DNA of 64,000 bases, taken from Buchnera aphidicola (Chaetogeoica yunlongensis) (GTDB lineage Bacteria; Pseudomonadota; Gammaproteobacteria; Enterobacterales; Enterobacteriaceae). Within the stretch, counting starts at the first letter, position 1. Each line of letters opens with the position of its first letter. The stretch lies in assembly GCA_039829965.1 (NCBI GenBank), contig CP139909.1, positions 183,962 to 247,961 on the forward strand, written 5' to 3'. Positions 55,301-64,000 of this stretch are shown piece by piece. The notes beneath the pieces were generated by a model, which was not told the DNA's origin, searched no databases, and saw nothing but the letters and a program-made list of their open reading frames with translations. A program made the translations under genes and the position numbers.

Positions 55301-56338
55301 TTATGTTGGCTGATTAATTAAAAATTTTTTAAATTGTGGAGATATCCAAGTAAATAAATGTGACGCTTCTCGTTTTATTAAACAGACAGCTAATTTTTCT
55401 GAGATAGCTATATTTTTTGCTTGTTGAAATCCTAATAACATTAATCCTGTATCCCAAAGGTCTGACTCTAATGCTGATTTTGAAATAACACTAACTGAAA
55501 TTAAGTTAGTATTAGAGGGGTTTCCTGTAATAGGATCAATTAAATGAATAATGTTTTTTTTATTAATTAAATAGTAATTTCTATATGTTCCTGATGTACT
55601 AATTCCATTATTTTTTAAAGATACAAACATATGAATTTGGTGTCCTAATTCTTCTGGTTTTTGGATTGCTATTATTTTAGGTTTAGAATTACAACATGGT
55701 GTATGTGTTCTAATGGCTCCACCTACTAAAACAGTATAGTTTGTTATTTTTTCTCTATTTAAAATTTCTGCTAAATTATCAGCTGCGAATCCTTCACCTA
55801 TACTAGATAAATTAATTTGTAGTTGTGGTATATCTTTTTGTAAGTAATTTGTATTTTTTTTTTTTATAATTTTGATATGTTTATATCCAGATGTTGATTT
55901 AGCTGTTTTTATTTCGCTTAAAGAAGGAATTTTATTTATTGAGTGTTTAGGTCCAAAACCCCACAGATTTATTAATGTTCCTGAAGTAATATCTAATAAA
56001 TTGTGTGTTTTGTGTCCAATTAATAAACTCATTGAAATTAGTTTAGATAAGATGTTATTAATTTTTTGCGGTTTTGTTGTAAAATTGTTATTAAAGTTAG
56101 ATATATCAGAAGTATTATTCCACGAAGATATTTGATGATTATCAAAATTAAGTTGTGTTTGTATTTTTTTCATTAGATAATTAAATTTTAATTTTTGATC
56201 GTTTATGAATTTTATCTTCCAAATTGTCCCCATTGTATGACCGTATAAACACATAACATTATGTTTTTGGTCTGTTATATGAATATTCATTAAAATTAAT
56301 AAATAAAATAAAATACATATATTTATTATATATGTCAT
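55301..56338 (-). CDS. apbE: FAD:protein FMN transferase (ApbE)
   Basis: 345 aa. GHTMGTIWKI, NLWGFGP, SGTYRNYY, LWDTGLM and SPQFKKFL are collinear with E. coli ApbE. An in-frame A12 tract (T12 at 55854-55865) is present. Confidence 0.92.
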   Translation of the reverse strand: MTYIINICILFYLLILMNIHITDQKHNVMCLYGHTMGTIWKIKFINDQKLKFNYLMKKIQTQLNFDNHQISSWNNTSDISNFNNNFTTKPQKINNILSKLISMSLLIGHKTHNLLDITSGTLINLWGFGPKHSINKIPSLSEIKTAKSTSGYKHIKIIKKKNTNYLQKDIPQLQINLSSIGEGFAADNLAEILNREKITNYTVLVGGAIRTHTPCCNSKPKIIAIQKPEELGHQIHMFVSLKNNGISTSGTYRNYYLINKKNIIHLIDPITGNPSNTNLISVSVISKSALESDLWDTGLMLLGFQQAKNIAISEKLAVCLIKREASHLFTWISPQFKKFLINQPT

Positions 56339-56652
56339 AATTTCATCCTAACAATATATATCTATATTAGAGTATTTATAATAATTAAATAATATGGTTA
56401 TGTAAAATTGTATGTTAATAGAAAAATTTATTTTAAACATTATAAGTAAAGAGTAGATTTATATTTTATATATAATATTTGTTATTTATATATTTCATTT
56501 TAAATTTTTTTAATAAAATAATATTGTATTTATTAAAATATTTAATTAAGTAGTGATTAAAATTTATTTATGTTAGATTTTTATTATACAGAATATTATT
56601 TATTTTATAAATTTGTGATTTAATTTTTCTGATATTATTATGAGATGGAAAC

Positions 56653-58044
56653 ATGAAAAGAATTACTACATTTTTACGTACTACATCAACATTTCTAATT
56701 TTTTTATTAGTTTCTGGTTGTTTATCTGGGCATGAATCAAAAAATTTTTCCAAACAGATTTTATTTACACCGAAATTGTCTAATCTTGCTCCTATGTTGG
56801 AACATGTTATTCCATCTGTCGTTAGTATTACAGTGGAAAGTGGTGTAAATAAATTTTCAAGGGTATCTAGTCATACTTCATCTTTGTATTCTAAAAGTAT
56901 TCTATTCAGCCATTCTGTTCAATCTGATAAATTTCGTATATTAGGTTCAGGGGTAATTATAGATTCTCAATATGGATATATAGTGACTAATAGTCATGTA
57001 GTTGATAGAGCAGATAAAATTTATGTAAAATTAAGTAATGGAAGTACGTATAATGCTATTATAGTTGGAAAAGATTCTCGTTTTGATATAGCGTTACTTC
57101 AGTTAAAACAATTTAAAACATTACATCAAATTAAGATTTCGAATTCAGATGATCTTAGAGTAGGTGATTATGTAATTGCCATTGGAAATCCTTATGGACT
57201 AGGAGAAACTGTTACATCTGGTATTATTTCAGCTTTACATAGAAGTGGTTTAAATATTGAAAATTATGAAAACTTTATTCAAACTGATGCTGCAATTAAT
57301 AGAGGAAATTCTGGTGGTGCATTAATTAATTTAAAAGGAGAGTTGATAGGGATTAATACTGCTATTTTAGCTCCTGATGGAGGTAATATTGGTATAGGTT
57401 TTTCTATTCCAATTAACATGGTAAAAAATTTAGTATCTCAAATATTAAAGTATGGTCAAATACAAAGAAATGAATTAGGTATTGTTGGTACAGAATTAAC
57501 GTTAGATTTAGTTAAAGTGATGAAGATAGCGATTCATAGGGGTGCGTTTGTAAGTCAAGTGTTATCTCAATCTTCTGCAGAAATATCAGGAATAAGACCT
57601 GGAGATGTGATTATTTCATTGAACAAAAAACCGGTTTTTAGTTTTTCTTCTTTAAGAGCCGAAATAGCATCTCAATTAATACATACTAAAGTAGAATTGG
57701 GATTGTTGAGAAAAGGAAAATTTGAGTCTGTTTTGGTAGAACTAAATCCTAGAATTCAAAATGAAATTGATTCTTCTGCTTTACATAAATCTATTTCAGG
57801 TGCTAAGTTAAGAAATTTTATATTAAGTGGAAAAAGTCAAGGTATATGTGTGGATGATGTTAAGATTAAAACACCGGCAGATCATATTGGATTGAAAAAA
57901 AATGATATTATTTTTGAAATTAATAAAAATAATATACTATCTTTAAATGATTTTAGACGTTTATTACATACTCATCCTGAGATATTAGTTCTTCATATTA
58001 AAAGAGGAAATGAAATTTTATATCTTGTGGTACATTATTATTAA
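56653..58044 (+). CDS. degP: periplasmic serine endoprotease DegP/HtrA family
   Basis: 463 aa. It has a signal peptide, the catalytic triad context (TNSHVV, DIALLQ, GNSGGAL) and two PDZ-like C-terminal domains. Confidence 0.93.
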   Translation: MKRITTFLRTTSTFLIFLLVSGCLSGHESKNFSKQILFTPKLSNLAPMLEHVIPSVVSITVESGVNKFSRVSSHTSSLYSKSILFSHSVQSDKFRILGSGVIIDSQYGYIVTNSHVVDRADKIYVKLSNGSTYNAIIVGKDSRFDIALLQLKQFKTLHQIKISNSDDLRVGDYVIAIGNPYGLGETVTSGIISALHRSGLNIENYENFIQTDAAINRGNSGGALINLKGELIGINTAILAPDGGNIGIGFSIPINMVKNLVSQILKYGQIQRNELGIVGTELTLDLVKVMKIAIHRGAFVSQVLSQSSAEISGIRPGDVIISLNKKPVFSFSSLRAEIASQLIHTKVELGLLRKGKFESVLVELNPRIQNEIDSSALHKSISGAKLRNFILSGKSQGICVDDVKIKTPADHIGLKKNDIIFEINKNNILSLNDFRRLLHTHPEILVLHIKRGNEILYLVVHYY

Positions 58045-58083
58045 AGATTATTTTAAATGCAGACATTCATTTAGTTATTTTTT

Positions 58084-58119
58084 TCCTACCTAGATAAATA
58101 GTAAATATTTTAGGTAGGA
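58084..58119. repeat. hairpin between convergent degP and dapD
   Basis: tcctaccta (58084-58092) pairs with taggtagga (58111-58119) across an 18-nt loop. The T-run lies 5' of the stem on the plus strand, so it is not a canonical intrinsic terminator in either direction. Confidence 0.3.
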
Positions 58120-58175
58120 TGTGATATTTAATTATTTTATTATGTTTTTAATAGTTATAAGGGATTTTTATTTTT

Positions 58176-59000
58176 TTACTCGTTTATATTTCTTAGTAAT
58201 TTATTAATACTTGTTTTTTTTAAAGTTTGTTCGTCTATTTTTTTTACAATTACAGCACAGTATAGATTACAATTATTAGTACTAGGTAAACTGCCTGGAA
58301 CTACAACAGAACCAGAGGGAACTCTTCCGTAAATTATTTTTTTATTGATTCTATCGTATATTTTAGTACTTTGTCCGATATATACTCCCATAGAAATTAC
58401 AGAATTAGATTCAATAATTACTCCTTCGACAATTTCAGATCTAGCACCAATAAAGCAGTTGTTTTCTATAATAGTAGGATTTTGTTGTATTGGTTCTAGA
58501 ACTCCTCCAATACCAACTCCTCCAGATATATGCACGTTTTTTCCAATTTGTGCACATGATCCTATGGTAGCCCATGTATCTATCATTGTGCCTTCATCAA
58601 TATAAGCCCCTATGTTTACGTAGCATGGCATTAATACTGTATTTTTTCCGATAAAGGAAGCATACCGTACAGTTGCTGGAGGCACTATTCTAACATTGTC
58701 TTTTATAAAATTTTCTTGAGTGTAATTTGAGTATTTTAATTTAATTTTATCGTAAAAGTTTGTATGGTTATTAGATATGAGTGTATTTTTATTTACTATA
58801 AAAGATAATAAGATAGCTTTTTTTAACCATTGATGTGTAATCCAATTTTTATTTATTTTTTCCGATATTCTTAGTTCTCCTGTATTTAGCATGTACAAAA
58901 CTGTTTTTATAGATTCGTAAGTTTTTTTATCAATATTATTATGACTAATTTCTGACTTTTTTTTAAAGATTTCATTTATTTGATTTTTTAAAGTTTTCAT
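58176..59000 (-). CDS. dapD: tetrahydrodipicolinate N-succinyltransferase
   Basis: 274 aa, the same length as E. coli DapD, with a hexapeptide-repeat region (..[40 protein letters not shown]..). Confidence 0.95.
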   Translation of the reverse strand: MKTLKNQINEIFKKKSEISHNNIDKKTYESIKTVLYMLNTGELRISEKINKNWITHQWLKKAILLSFIVNKNTLISNNHTNFYDKIKLKYSNYTQENFIKDNVRIVPPATVRYASFIGKNTVLMPCYVNIGAYIDEGTMIDTWATIGSCAQIGKNVHISGGVGIGGVLEPIQQNPTIIENNCFIGARSEIVEGVIIESNSVISMGVYIGQSTKIYDRINKKIIYGRVPSGSVVVPGSLPSTNNCNLYCAVIVKKIDEQTLKKTSINKLLRNINE

Positions 59001-59050
59001 ATATAAGTAATTAGTATTTTAAGAAAAATGTTTTTAATGTTAATAAATTT

Positions 59051-59851
59051 TTAATTTTTATTATTTAATATTTTTGGTATATTTTCTCCTTTTTGTAGAG
59101 TGAGTATTTCACATCCTGCTTTATTTACTAAAATTGTATGTTCATATTGAGCTGATAGGCTGTTATCTGCTGTTTTAACTGTCCATCCATCGTTCATGCA
59201 TGTTACTTTACTAGAACCAACATTAATCATAGGTTCAATAGTAAATGTCATGCCGGATTTGAGAATTATTTTTTCATTTTTATAGTATGTATGATGTAAA
59301 ATATGAGGAGGTTCATGAAAATTTTTTCCAATCCCATGTCCACAGTATTCTTTAACTATAGAAAAGTTGTTTTTTTCTACATAGTTTTGTATAGTTTCGC
59401 TAATGTTGTGTAAATATATTCCAGATTTTATTTTGTTTAATGCTAAATATAAACTTTTTTTAGCAACATGGCATAATTTTTGACTTAATAGAGTTGGTTT
59501 TCCTACAAAAAACATTTTTGATGCATCACTGTAATATTGATTTTTTACAATAGCAATATCTATATTAACAATATCACCATTTTGTAGTATTTCGTTTTTA
59601 TTAGGGATACCATGACAAACAATGTTGTTTTTAGATATACATATAGATTTTGGAAAACCTTGATAGTTTAAACATGCTGGTTGTGCATGTTGTTTGTTTA
59701 TTATATAATTATGACAAATATCATTTATTTTTTGTGTTGTTACACCAGGAACGATATAATTTTCAATCATCTCAAGAACATCTGCAACAAGTTTTCCTGA
59801 TAATCTCATTTTATTAATTTCATTATTATTTTTTATAGAAATTATGGTCAT
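59051..59851 (-). CDS. map: methionine aminopeptidase type I
   Basis: 266 aa. ..VCHGIP.., ..DIVNIDI.., ..CGHGIG..FHE.., ..EPM.. and ..QYEHT.. are the metal-ligand contexts of Map. Confidence 0.95.
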   Translation of the reverse strand: MTIISIKNNNEINKMRLSGKLVADVLEMIENYIVPGVTTQKINDICHNYIINKQHAQPACLNYQGFPKSICISKNNIVCHGIPNKNEILQNGDIVNIDIAIVKNQYYSDASKMFFVGKPTLLSQKLCHVAKKSLYLALNKIKSGIYLHNISETIQNYVEKNNFSIVKEYCGHGIGKNFHEPPHILHHTYYKNEKIILKSGMTFTIEPMINVGSSKVTCMNDGWTVKTADNSLSAQYEHTILVNKAGCEILTLQKGENIPKILNNKN

Positions 59852-60149
59852 TATTTACTCAATTTATATATTAAAATTTTATTTAATTTAATAATTAGAT
59901 TATTTATAGAATGTTATTTAAGGATTTTATATATTGGTTTAATATTTGATTGTTTAATTTTCTATATTTTTGTTAATAAGTTTATGTAGGATTAATTTTA
60001 TAGCTTATAAATGTATGTTAATATGTTTTTATAATTTAATAAATTAAAAATTATTTTTAATAACATATTGTATTTTGTTTTGAATTTAGTATTTTTACAT
60101 TTTAATTTTATTTTTTTAATTTACTTATACAGTGAGGTCTTTTATTTTT

Positions 60150-60854
60150 ATGATGGTATCAATGAGAGATATGTTAAATGCTGGTGTGCATTTTGGTCAT
60201 CAGACTCGTTATTGGAATCCTAAAATGAAGCCATTTATTTTTGGATCAAAAAATAAAGTGCATATAATTAATTTAGAAAAGACCATGATTATGTTTAATA
60301 TAGCATTGTCTGAAATAAAAAAAATTTCATTTCATAAAGGAAAAATTTTATTTGTTGGAACTAAGAAAGCCGCTGTTAAAACTATTAAAGAATCAGCAAT
60401 TTTATGTAAACAATTTTATGTTAATTATCGTTGGTTAGGTGGTATGTTAACTAATTGGAAAACTGTGCGTCAATCTATAAGACGTTTAAAAGATTTAGAA
60501 TTAGAATCTCGAGATGGAACTTTTTTAAAGCTTACAAAAAAAGAAGCATTATTGCGTACACGAGAATTATTAAAATTAGAAAATAGTTTTGGTGGTATTA
60601 AAAATATGGGTGGATTGCCTGATGCATTATTTGTAATTGATGCAGAGCATGAACACATAGCAATTAAAGAAGCTAATAATTTAGGTATTTCTGTATTTTC
60701 AGTAGTAGATACTAATTCTAATCCAGATGGTGTAGATTATGTTATTCCTGGTAATGATGATGCAATAAGAGCTATTAATTTATATTTACGTATTGTATCG
60801 GAAGTTATTTCCAAAAATGTAAAAGCTGATAATATAAAAAAATTAATAGCATAG
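60150..60854 (+). CDS. rpsB: 30S ribosomal protein S2
   Basis: [32 protein letters not shown].. matches E. coli S2. GAGG (60134-60137) lies upstream of ATG 60150. The track ORF starts earlier, at GTG 60132. Confidence 0.96.
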   Translation: MMVSMRDMLNAGVHFGHQTRYWNPKMKPFIFGSKNKVHIINLEKTMIMFNIALSEIKKISFHKGKILFVGTKKAAVKTIKESAILCKQFYVNYRWLGGMLTNWKTVRQSIRRLKDLELESRDGTFLKLTKKEALLRTRELLKLENSFGGIKNMGGLPDALFVIDAEHEHIAIKEANNLGISVFSVVDTNSNPDGVDYVIPGNDDAIRAINLYLRIVSEVISKNVKADNIKKLIA

Positions 60855-60935
60855 AAACATTTATAATTAAATTAAAAAAATATTTTTTTAAACAATTTTA
60901 ATTTTGAATTTTTATATGATTTTTAAGGATGATCA

Positions 60936-61736
60936 ATGGTAAAAGAAATAACTTTAACTCTTATAAAAGAACTTCGAGCTAGAACTGGAGTAGGAGTTAT
61001 AGATTGTAAAAGAGCATTAGTTTTTTGCAAAGGAAATATAGAAAAGGCAATTGATTTTTTAAGAAAAATGGGTCAAGTTAAAGCTGAAAACAAACAATTC
61101 ATATCAACTAAATGCGGTTTAATTTTTGTTAGTTCTAATGATCAGTATGGTATTATTATGGAATTAAACTGTGAAACTGATTTTGTAGCGAAAAGTTTAG
61201 AATTTATATCGTTTGGAAAAAAAATTTTAGATTATTCTTTAACTGGAAATATTTGTGATGTAAATCTTATAAAAAAATATTTCGAAGACTTAAGAATTGA
61301 TTTAATAATGAAAATGAATGAAAATATTGTAATTAGTAGAATAAATGTATTAAAAGGAAAATATATTACACATTATTTGCATGGTAATCGAATTGGAGTA
61401 TTATTGCGTATTAATATACATAATAATGTTTTGGGAAAAAAAATAGCAATGCATATTTCTGCTAGTAATCCTAAATATTTAAAGCCAGATCTTATTCCTA
61501 AGTCTATTATGGAACGAGAGTATGAAATTCAGTTAGAATTAGCTATGAAGTCTAAAAAGCCTGAATTGATTTTAGAAAAGATAATTAAAGGCAGAATGAT
61601 AAAATTTGCGAATGAAATTTCTTTACTAGGACAAAATTTTATTTTTGATCCTAAAAAAAGAATAAGTGACTTGCTTTTGGAAAATAATTTTGATGTTATT
61701 TCATTTATTAGATTTGAAATTGGAGAACAGTATTAA
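60936..61736 (+). CDS. tsf: elongation factor Ts
   Basis: 266 aa. ..LIKELRARTGVGVIDCKRAL.. (UBA-like N-domain) and ..LNCETDFVAK.. It follows rpsB. Confidence 0.95.
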   Translation: MVKEITLTLIKELRARTGVGVIDCKRALVFCKGNIEKAIDFLRKMGQVKAENKQFISTKCGLIFVSSNDQYGIIMELNCETDFVAKSLEFISFGKKILDYSLTGNICDVNLIKKYFEDLRIDLIMKMNENIVISRINVLKGKYITHYLHGNRIGVLLRINIHNNVLGKKIAMHISASNPKYLKPDLIPKSIMEREYEIQLELAMKSKKPELILEKIIKGRMIKFANEISLLGQNFIFDPKKRISDLLLENNFDVISFIRFEIGEQY

Positions 61737-61787
61737 ATAGATATTTTATTGAACATATTTTATAAAATAATATGTGTTTATTTTAAA

Positions 61788-61818
61788 AACCGCCCGGTGG
61801 CGGTTGATCGATTTTTTT
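61788..61818 (+). terminator. GC-rich hairpin plus T7 run downstream of tsf
   Basis: aaccgcc (61788-61794), loop cggt, ggcggtt (61799-61805), then gatcga and T7 (61812-61818). The GC-rich stem stands out in this AT-rich context. Confidence 0.55.
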
Positions 61819-61906
61819 AGAATTTAATTACTGATTTAAAAAATTTATTAAGAATTTTTATATTTTTAATTCAAAAATTATTTTATTGATAACGAGTTAT
61901 TTTATA

Positions 61907-62638
61907 ATGACAAATTCCTTTAACAAAAAATATTTAAAATTTAAACGTATAATAATAAAATTAAGTGGTGAATCATTACAAGGAAATAAGGATTTTGGAA
62001 TTGATATAACAGAATTGAATCGCATTGTAAAAGAAATAAAGATTATTGTTGATTTAGGTGTACAAGTAGGTATTGTTATTGGAGGTGGAAATATATTTAG
62101 AGGAGAAAAATTAATTAATATTGGTATTAATAAAGTGATTTCTGATTATGTAGGTATGTTGTCTACAGTTATAAACGGTTTATTGTTATGTGATTCTATG
62201 AGTGGTATTGATCTTAATACGTACTTAATGTCTTCAATATGTATCGATCAAATTTGTAAAAAATATAATTTTAAGAAAGCATTACATTTATTACAAAAAA
62301 ATTGTGTTTTAGTTTTCTCTGGAGGTTTAGGAAATCCATTTTTTACAACAGATTCAGCTGCATGTTTACGCGCTATTGAAATGAGTGCTAATATTGTTTT
62401 AAAAGGTACTAAAGTTGATGGATTATATTCAAAAGACCCAATGAAATATCCGAATTCTAAATTATATAAAAATATAACTTACGATGAAGTATTACAAAAA
62501 AAATTTAAGGTAATGGATTTATCTGCTTTTTCATTAGCTAGAGATTATAGATTACCTATTTGTATTTTTAATATAAATAAACCTAAAGCATTATATTATA
62601 TAGTAACTGGAAAACATGAAGGTACTTTTATAAGATAA
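61907..62638 (+). CDS. pyrH: UMP kinase
   Basis: From ATG 61907: MTNSFNKKYLKFKRIIIKLSGESLQG..VIGGGNIFRG.. is collinear with E. coli PyrH. The track ORF starts at an upstream TTG. Confidence 0.94.
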   Translation: MTNSFNKKYLKFKRIIIKLSGESLQGNKDFGIDITELNRIVKEIKIIVDLGVQVGIVIGGGNIFRGEKLINIGINKVISDYVGMLSTVINGLLLCDSMSGIDLNTYLMSSICIDQICKKYNFKKALHLLQKNCVLVFSGGLGNPFFTTDSAACLRAIEMSANIVLKGTKVDGLYSKDPMKYPNSKLYKNITYDEVLQKKFKVMDLSAFSLARDYRLPICIFNINKPKALYYIVTGKHEGTFIR

Positions 62639-62714
62639 AGATATGATTTTTATATAATTGAGTAGTTTTATATATTGTAAAAAGTTTGAACGTTATTTTA
62701 AAGGATAGTATGTA

Positions 62715-63269
62715 ATGCATCATATTAAACAATTTACTATTTCTAAAATGGATAACTGTATTAAGGTATTTTTAGAACAACTTAATACTTTAAGAAGTTC
62801 TAGAGTGTCTCCATCTATTTTAGATTCTATTTTTATTGATTATTTAGGACAAAAAGTACAATTAAAGAAATTATCTAATATTGTTGTAGATAATTTTAAT
62901 ACTTTAAAAGTTACTTTATTTGATAATTCTATTAAACATAATGCAGAAAAAGCAATTATGAATTCTAAATTAGATTTAACTCCAATTTTTATTAAAGATT
63001 ACTTTAAAATTACAATTCCAGTATTAACAGAAGAGAGAAGAGTAAAATTAATAAAGTTATCTAGAAATATGGCAGAAAATAGTCGTATCTGTATTAGAAA
63101 TATTCGTAGAATATCCAACGAAAAGATAAAACTATTATTTCAAGATAAAATTATTGGGAATGATACTGAGCGTAGTTTTCAAGATATTATTCAGCGTATT
63201 ACAGATAAATATATAAGTAAAATAAATGTAACGTTAAATAAAAAAGAGAAGGATTTAATGATAATATAA
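62715..63269 (+). CDS. frr: ribosome recycling factor
   Basis: 184 aa against 185 in E. coli. ..LNTLRSSRVSPSILDSI.. and ..IRNIRR.. match the family. It follows pyrH. Confidence 0.94.
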   Translation: MHHIKQFTISKMDNCIKVFLEQLNTLRSSRVSPSILDSIFIDYLGQKVQLKKLSNIVVDNFNTLKVTLFDNSIKHNAEKAIMNSKLDLTPIFIKDYFKITIPVLTEERRVKLIKLSRNMAENSRICIRNIRRISNEKIKLLFQDKIIGNDTERSFQDIIQRITDKYISKINVTLNKKEKDLMII

Positions 63270-63548
63270 TATTTTTTTTTAAATATATTTTTCTATAGGA
63301 TATTCTGAATTCGTTAGTTTAATTATGCTATAAATACTATCTACTATTTTTTATAGTTAATGGAATAAAATTAAATTGTGAATTTAACATAATTATTATT
63401 TATATTTATGCGTATAATTTTTACGATTATATTTTACGATACGTATTTTGATTTTAGTATTTTTTATGTATTGTTTTAGTGAATGACATTCAATAAAACA
63501 ATATTGAATTTTTAAAAATTTAAAAATTTTATCTTATGTAAACTATAT

Positions 63549-64000
63549 ATGTTATTAAAAAATTTATTAAAATATAATAAAAAAATACCTATGCATGTGG
63601 CTATTATTATGGATGGTAATGGAAGGTGGGCGAAAAAAAATGGAAAATCACGCGTATTTGGTCATTTTGCAGGATTTAAAGCTGCAAAAAAAGCTATTTC
63701 TTGTGCTTTATTTTATAAGTTAAAAAAGCTTACTTTATATGCTTTTAGTAGTGAAAATTGGGACCGTCCTATATTGGAAATAAAAGTATTAATGGAATTA
63801 TTTTTTTATGCTTTATCAAGTGAACTAGCTAAATTAAATAAATATAACATTCGTTTAAAAATTATTGGTGATAAGCAGCGTTTTAATAACGTACTAAGAG
63901 ATAGAATGGATGTTATTGAAAATTCAACTATTAAAAATAATGGGTTAATATTAAACATAGCTGCTAATTATGGTGGTCGCTGGGAAATAGTAGAAGTAAT
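63549..64000 (+). CDS. uppS: undecaprenyl diphosphate synthase (5' part; runs off the window)
   Basis: Absent from the ORF track because it has no stop in the window. The frame from ATG 63549 reads MLLKNLLKYNKKIPMHVAIIMDGNGRWAKKNGKSRVFGHFAGFKAAKKAIS..LTLYAFSSENWDRP..RLKIIGD..LNIAANYGGRWEIVEV.., collinear with E. coli UppS. The alternative start is ATG 63591. Confidence 0.9.
   Translation, partial: MLLKNLLKYNKKIPMHVAIIMDGNGRWAKKNGKSRVFGHFAGFKAAKKAISCALFYKLKKLTLYAFSSENWDRPILEIKVLMELFFYALSSELAKLNKYNIRLKIIGDKQRFNNVLRDRMDVIENSTIKNNGLILNIAANYGGRWEIVEV

Noticed and set aside
56568-56753. 61-aa minus-strand ORF overlapping the degP start.
   Set aside because: It overlaps the well-supported degP signal peptide on the opposite strand and has no recognisable features.
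1694-60658. Track ORFs of 60-115 aa lying antisense inside long conserved genes. Plus-strand examples: 1694-2041, 4120-4368, 4909-5091, 5212-5412, 18680-18892, 18914-19210, 20063-20296, 37101-37385, 37692-37982, 39101-39283, 41415-41609, 43074-43316, 43769-43954, 44093-44374, 45368-45565, 46168-46371, 50506-50763, 51738-52028, 53987-54256, 55872-56135, 58345-58605. Minus-strand examples: 10838-11026, 14975-15190, 32634-32870, 60470-60658.
   Set aside because: All are embedded opposite well-supported genes. They have Phe/Ile/Leu/Ser-rich composition typical of the reverse complement of Lys/Asn/Glu-rich coding sequence, and no recognisable motif. In an AT-rich genome such shadow ORFs are expected by chance.
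1-64000. Search for CRISPR arrays, IS elements, integrases, phage genes, toxin-antitoxin pairs, tRNA/rRNA genes or any non-syntenic gene cluster.
   Set aside because: None found. Every ORF above about 75 codons on a free strand is a recognisable housekeeping gene in enterobacterial or Buchnera order. The only structured RNA gene is ssrA.

Overview
Extremely AT-rich, gene-dense chromosomal segment. Gene content and order match a reduced gamma-proteobacterial insect endosymbiont, Buchnera aphidicola-like. The order is: yfaE-nrdB-nrdA-gyrA, a DUF2076 ORF, ahpC, ung, grpE/nadK, ssrA, grxD, rnt, sodA-pth-ychF, thrCBA, dksA, truA-mrcB-secA-guaC-aceEF-lpdA, erpA, the dcw cluster (ftsZ back to rsmH), ilvHI, apbE, degP, dapD-map, rpsB-tsf-pyrH-frr-uppS. 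I can support about 50 protein genes, one tmRNA and a few GC-containing hairpin terminators. I see no tRNA or rRNA gene, CRISPR array, transposase, integrase, phage or toxin-antitoxin gene, and no accessory island. I do not find a novel multi-gene system and would not claim one. The notable signals are all genome-erosion features. (1) ung, murE and ftsI are each split by a single frameshift lying exactly on a 10-12 nt homopolymer A/T tract, with catalytic motifs intact on both sides. At least 13 other tracts of 10 nt or more sit in frame in neighbouring genes, which is the known substrate for transcriptional-slippage rescue in Buchnera. (2) mrcB keeps an intact glycosyltransferase half, but its transpeptidase half survives only as stop-riddled relics in a 1.4 kb spacer. 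(3) A terminator hairpin in the position and shape of the enterobacterial thr attenuator sits 29 nt upstream of thrA with no intact leader ORF. (4) The first 24 nt of ilvI are tandemly duplicated. (5) mraY has an in-frame TAA near its ancestral N-terminus. (6) Several long spacers sit where syntenic genes (ftsQ, dxr and others) are expected. All homology calls come from reading the translations against remembered E. coli proteins; no database search was run.
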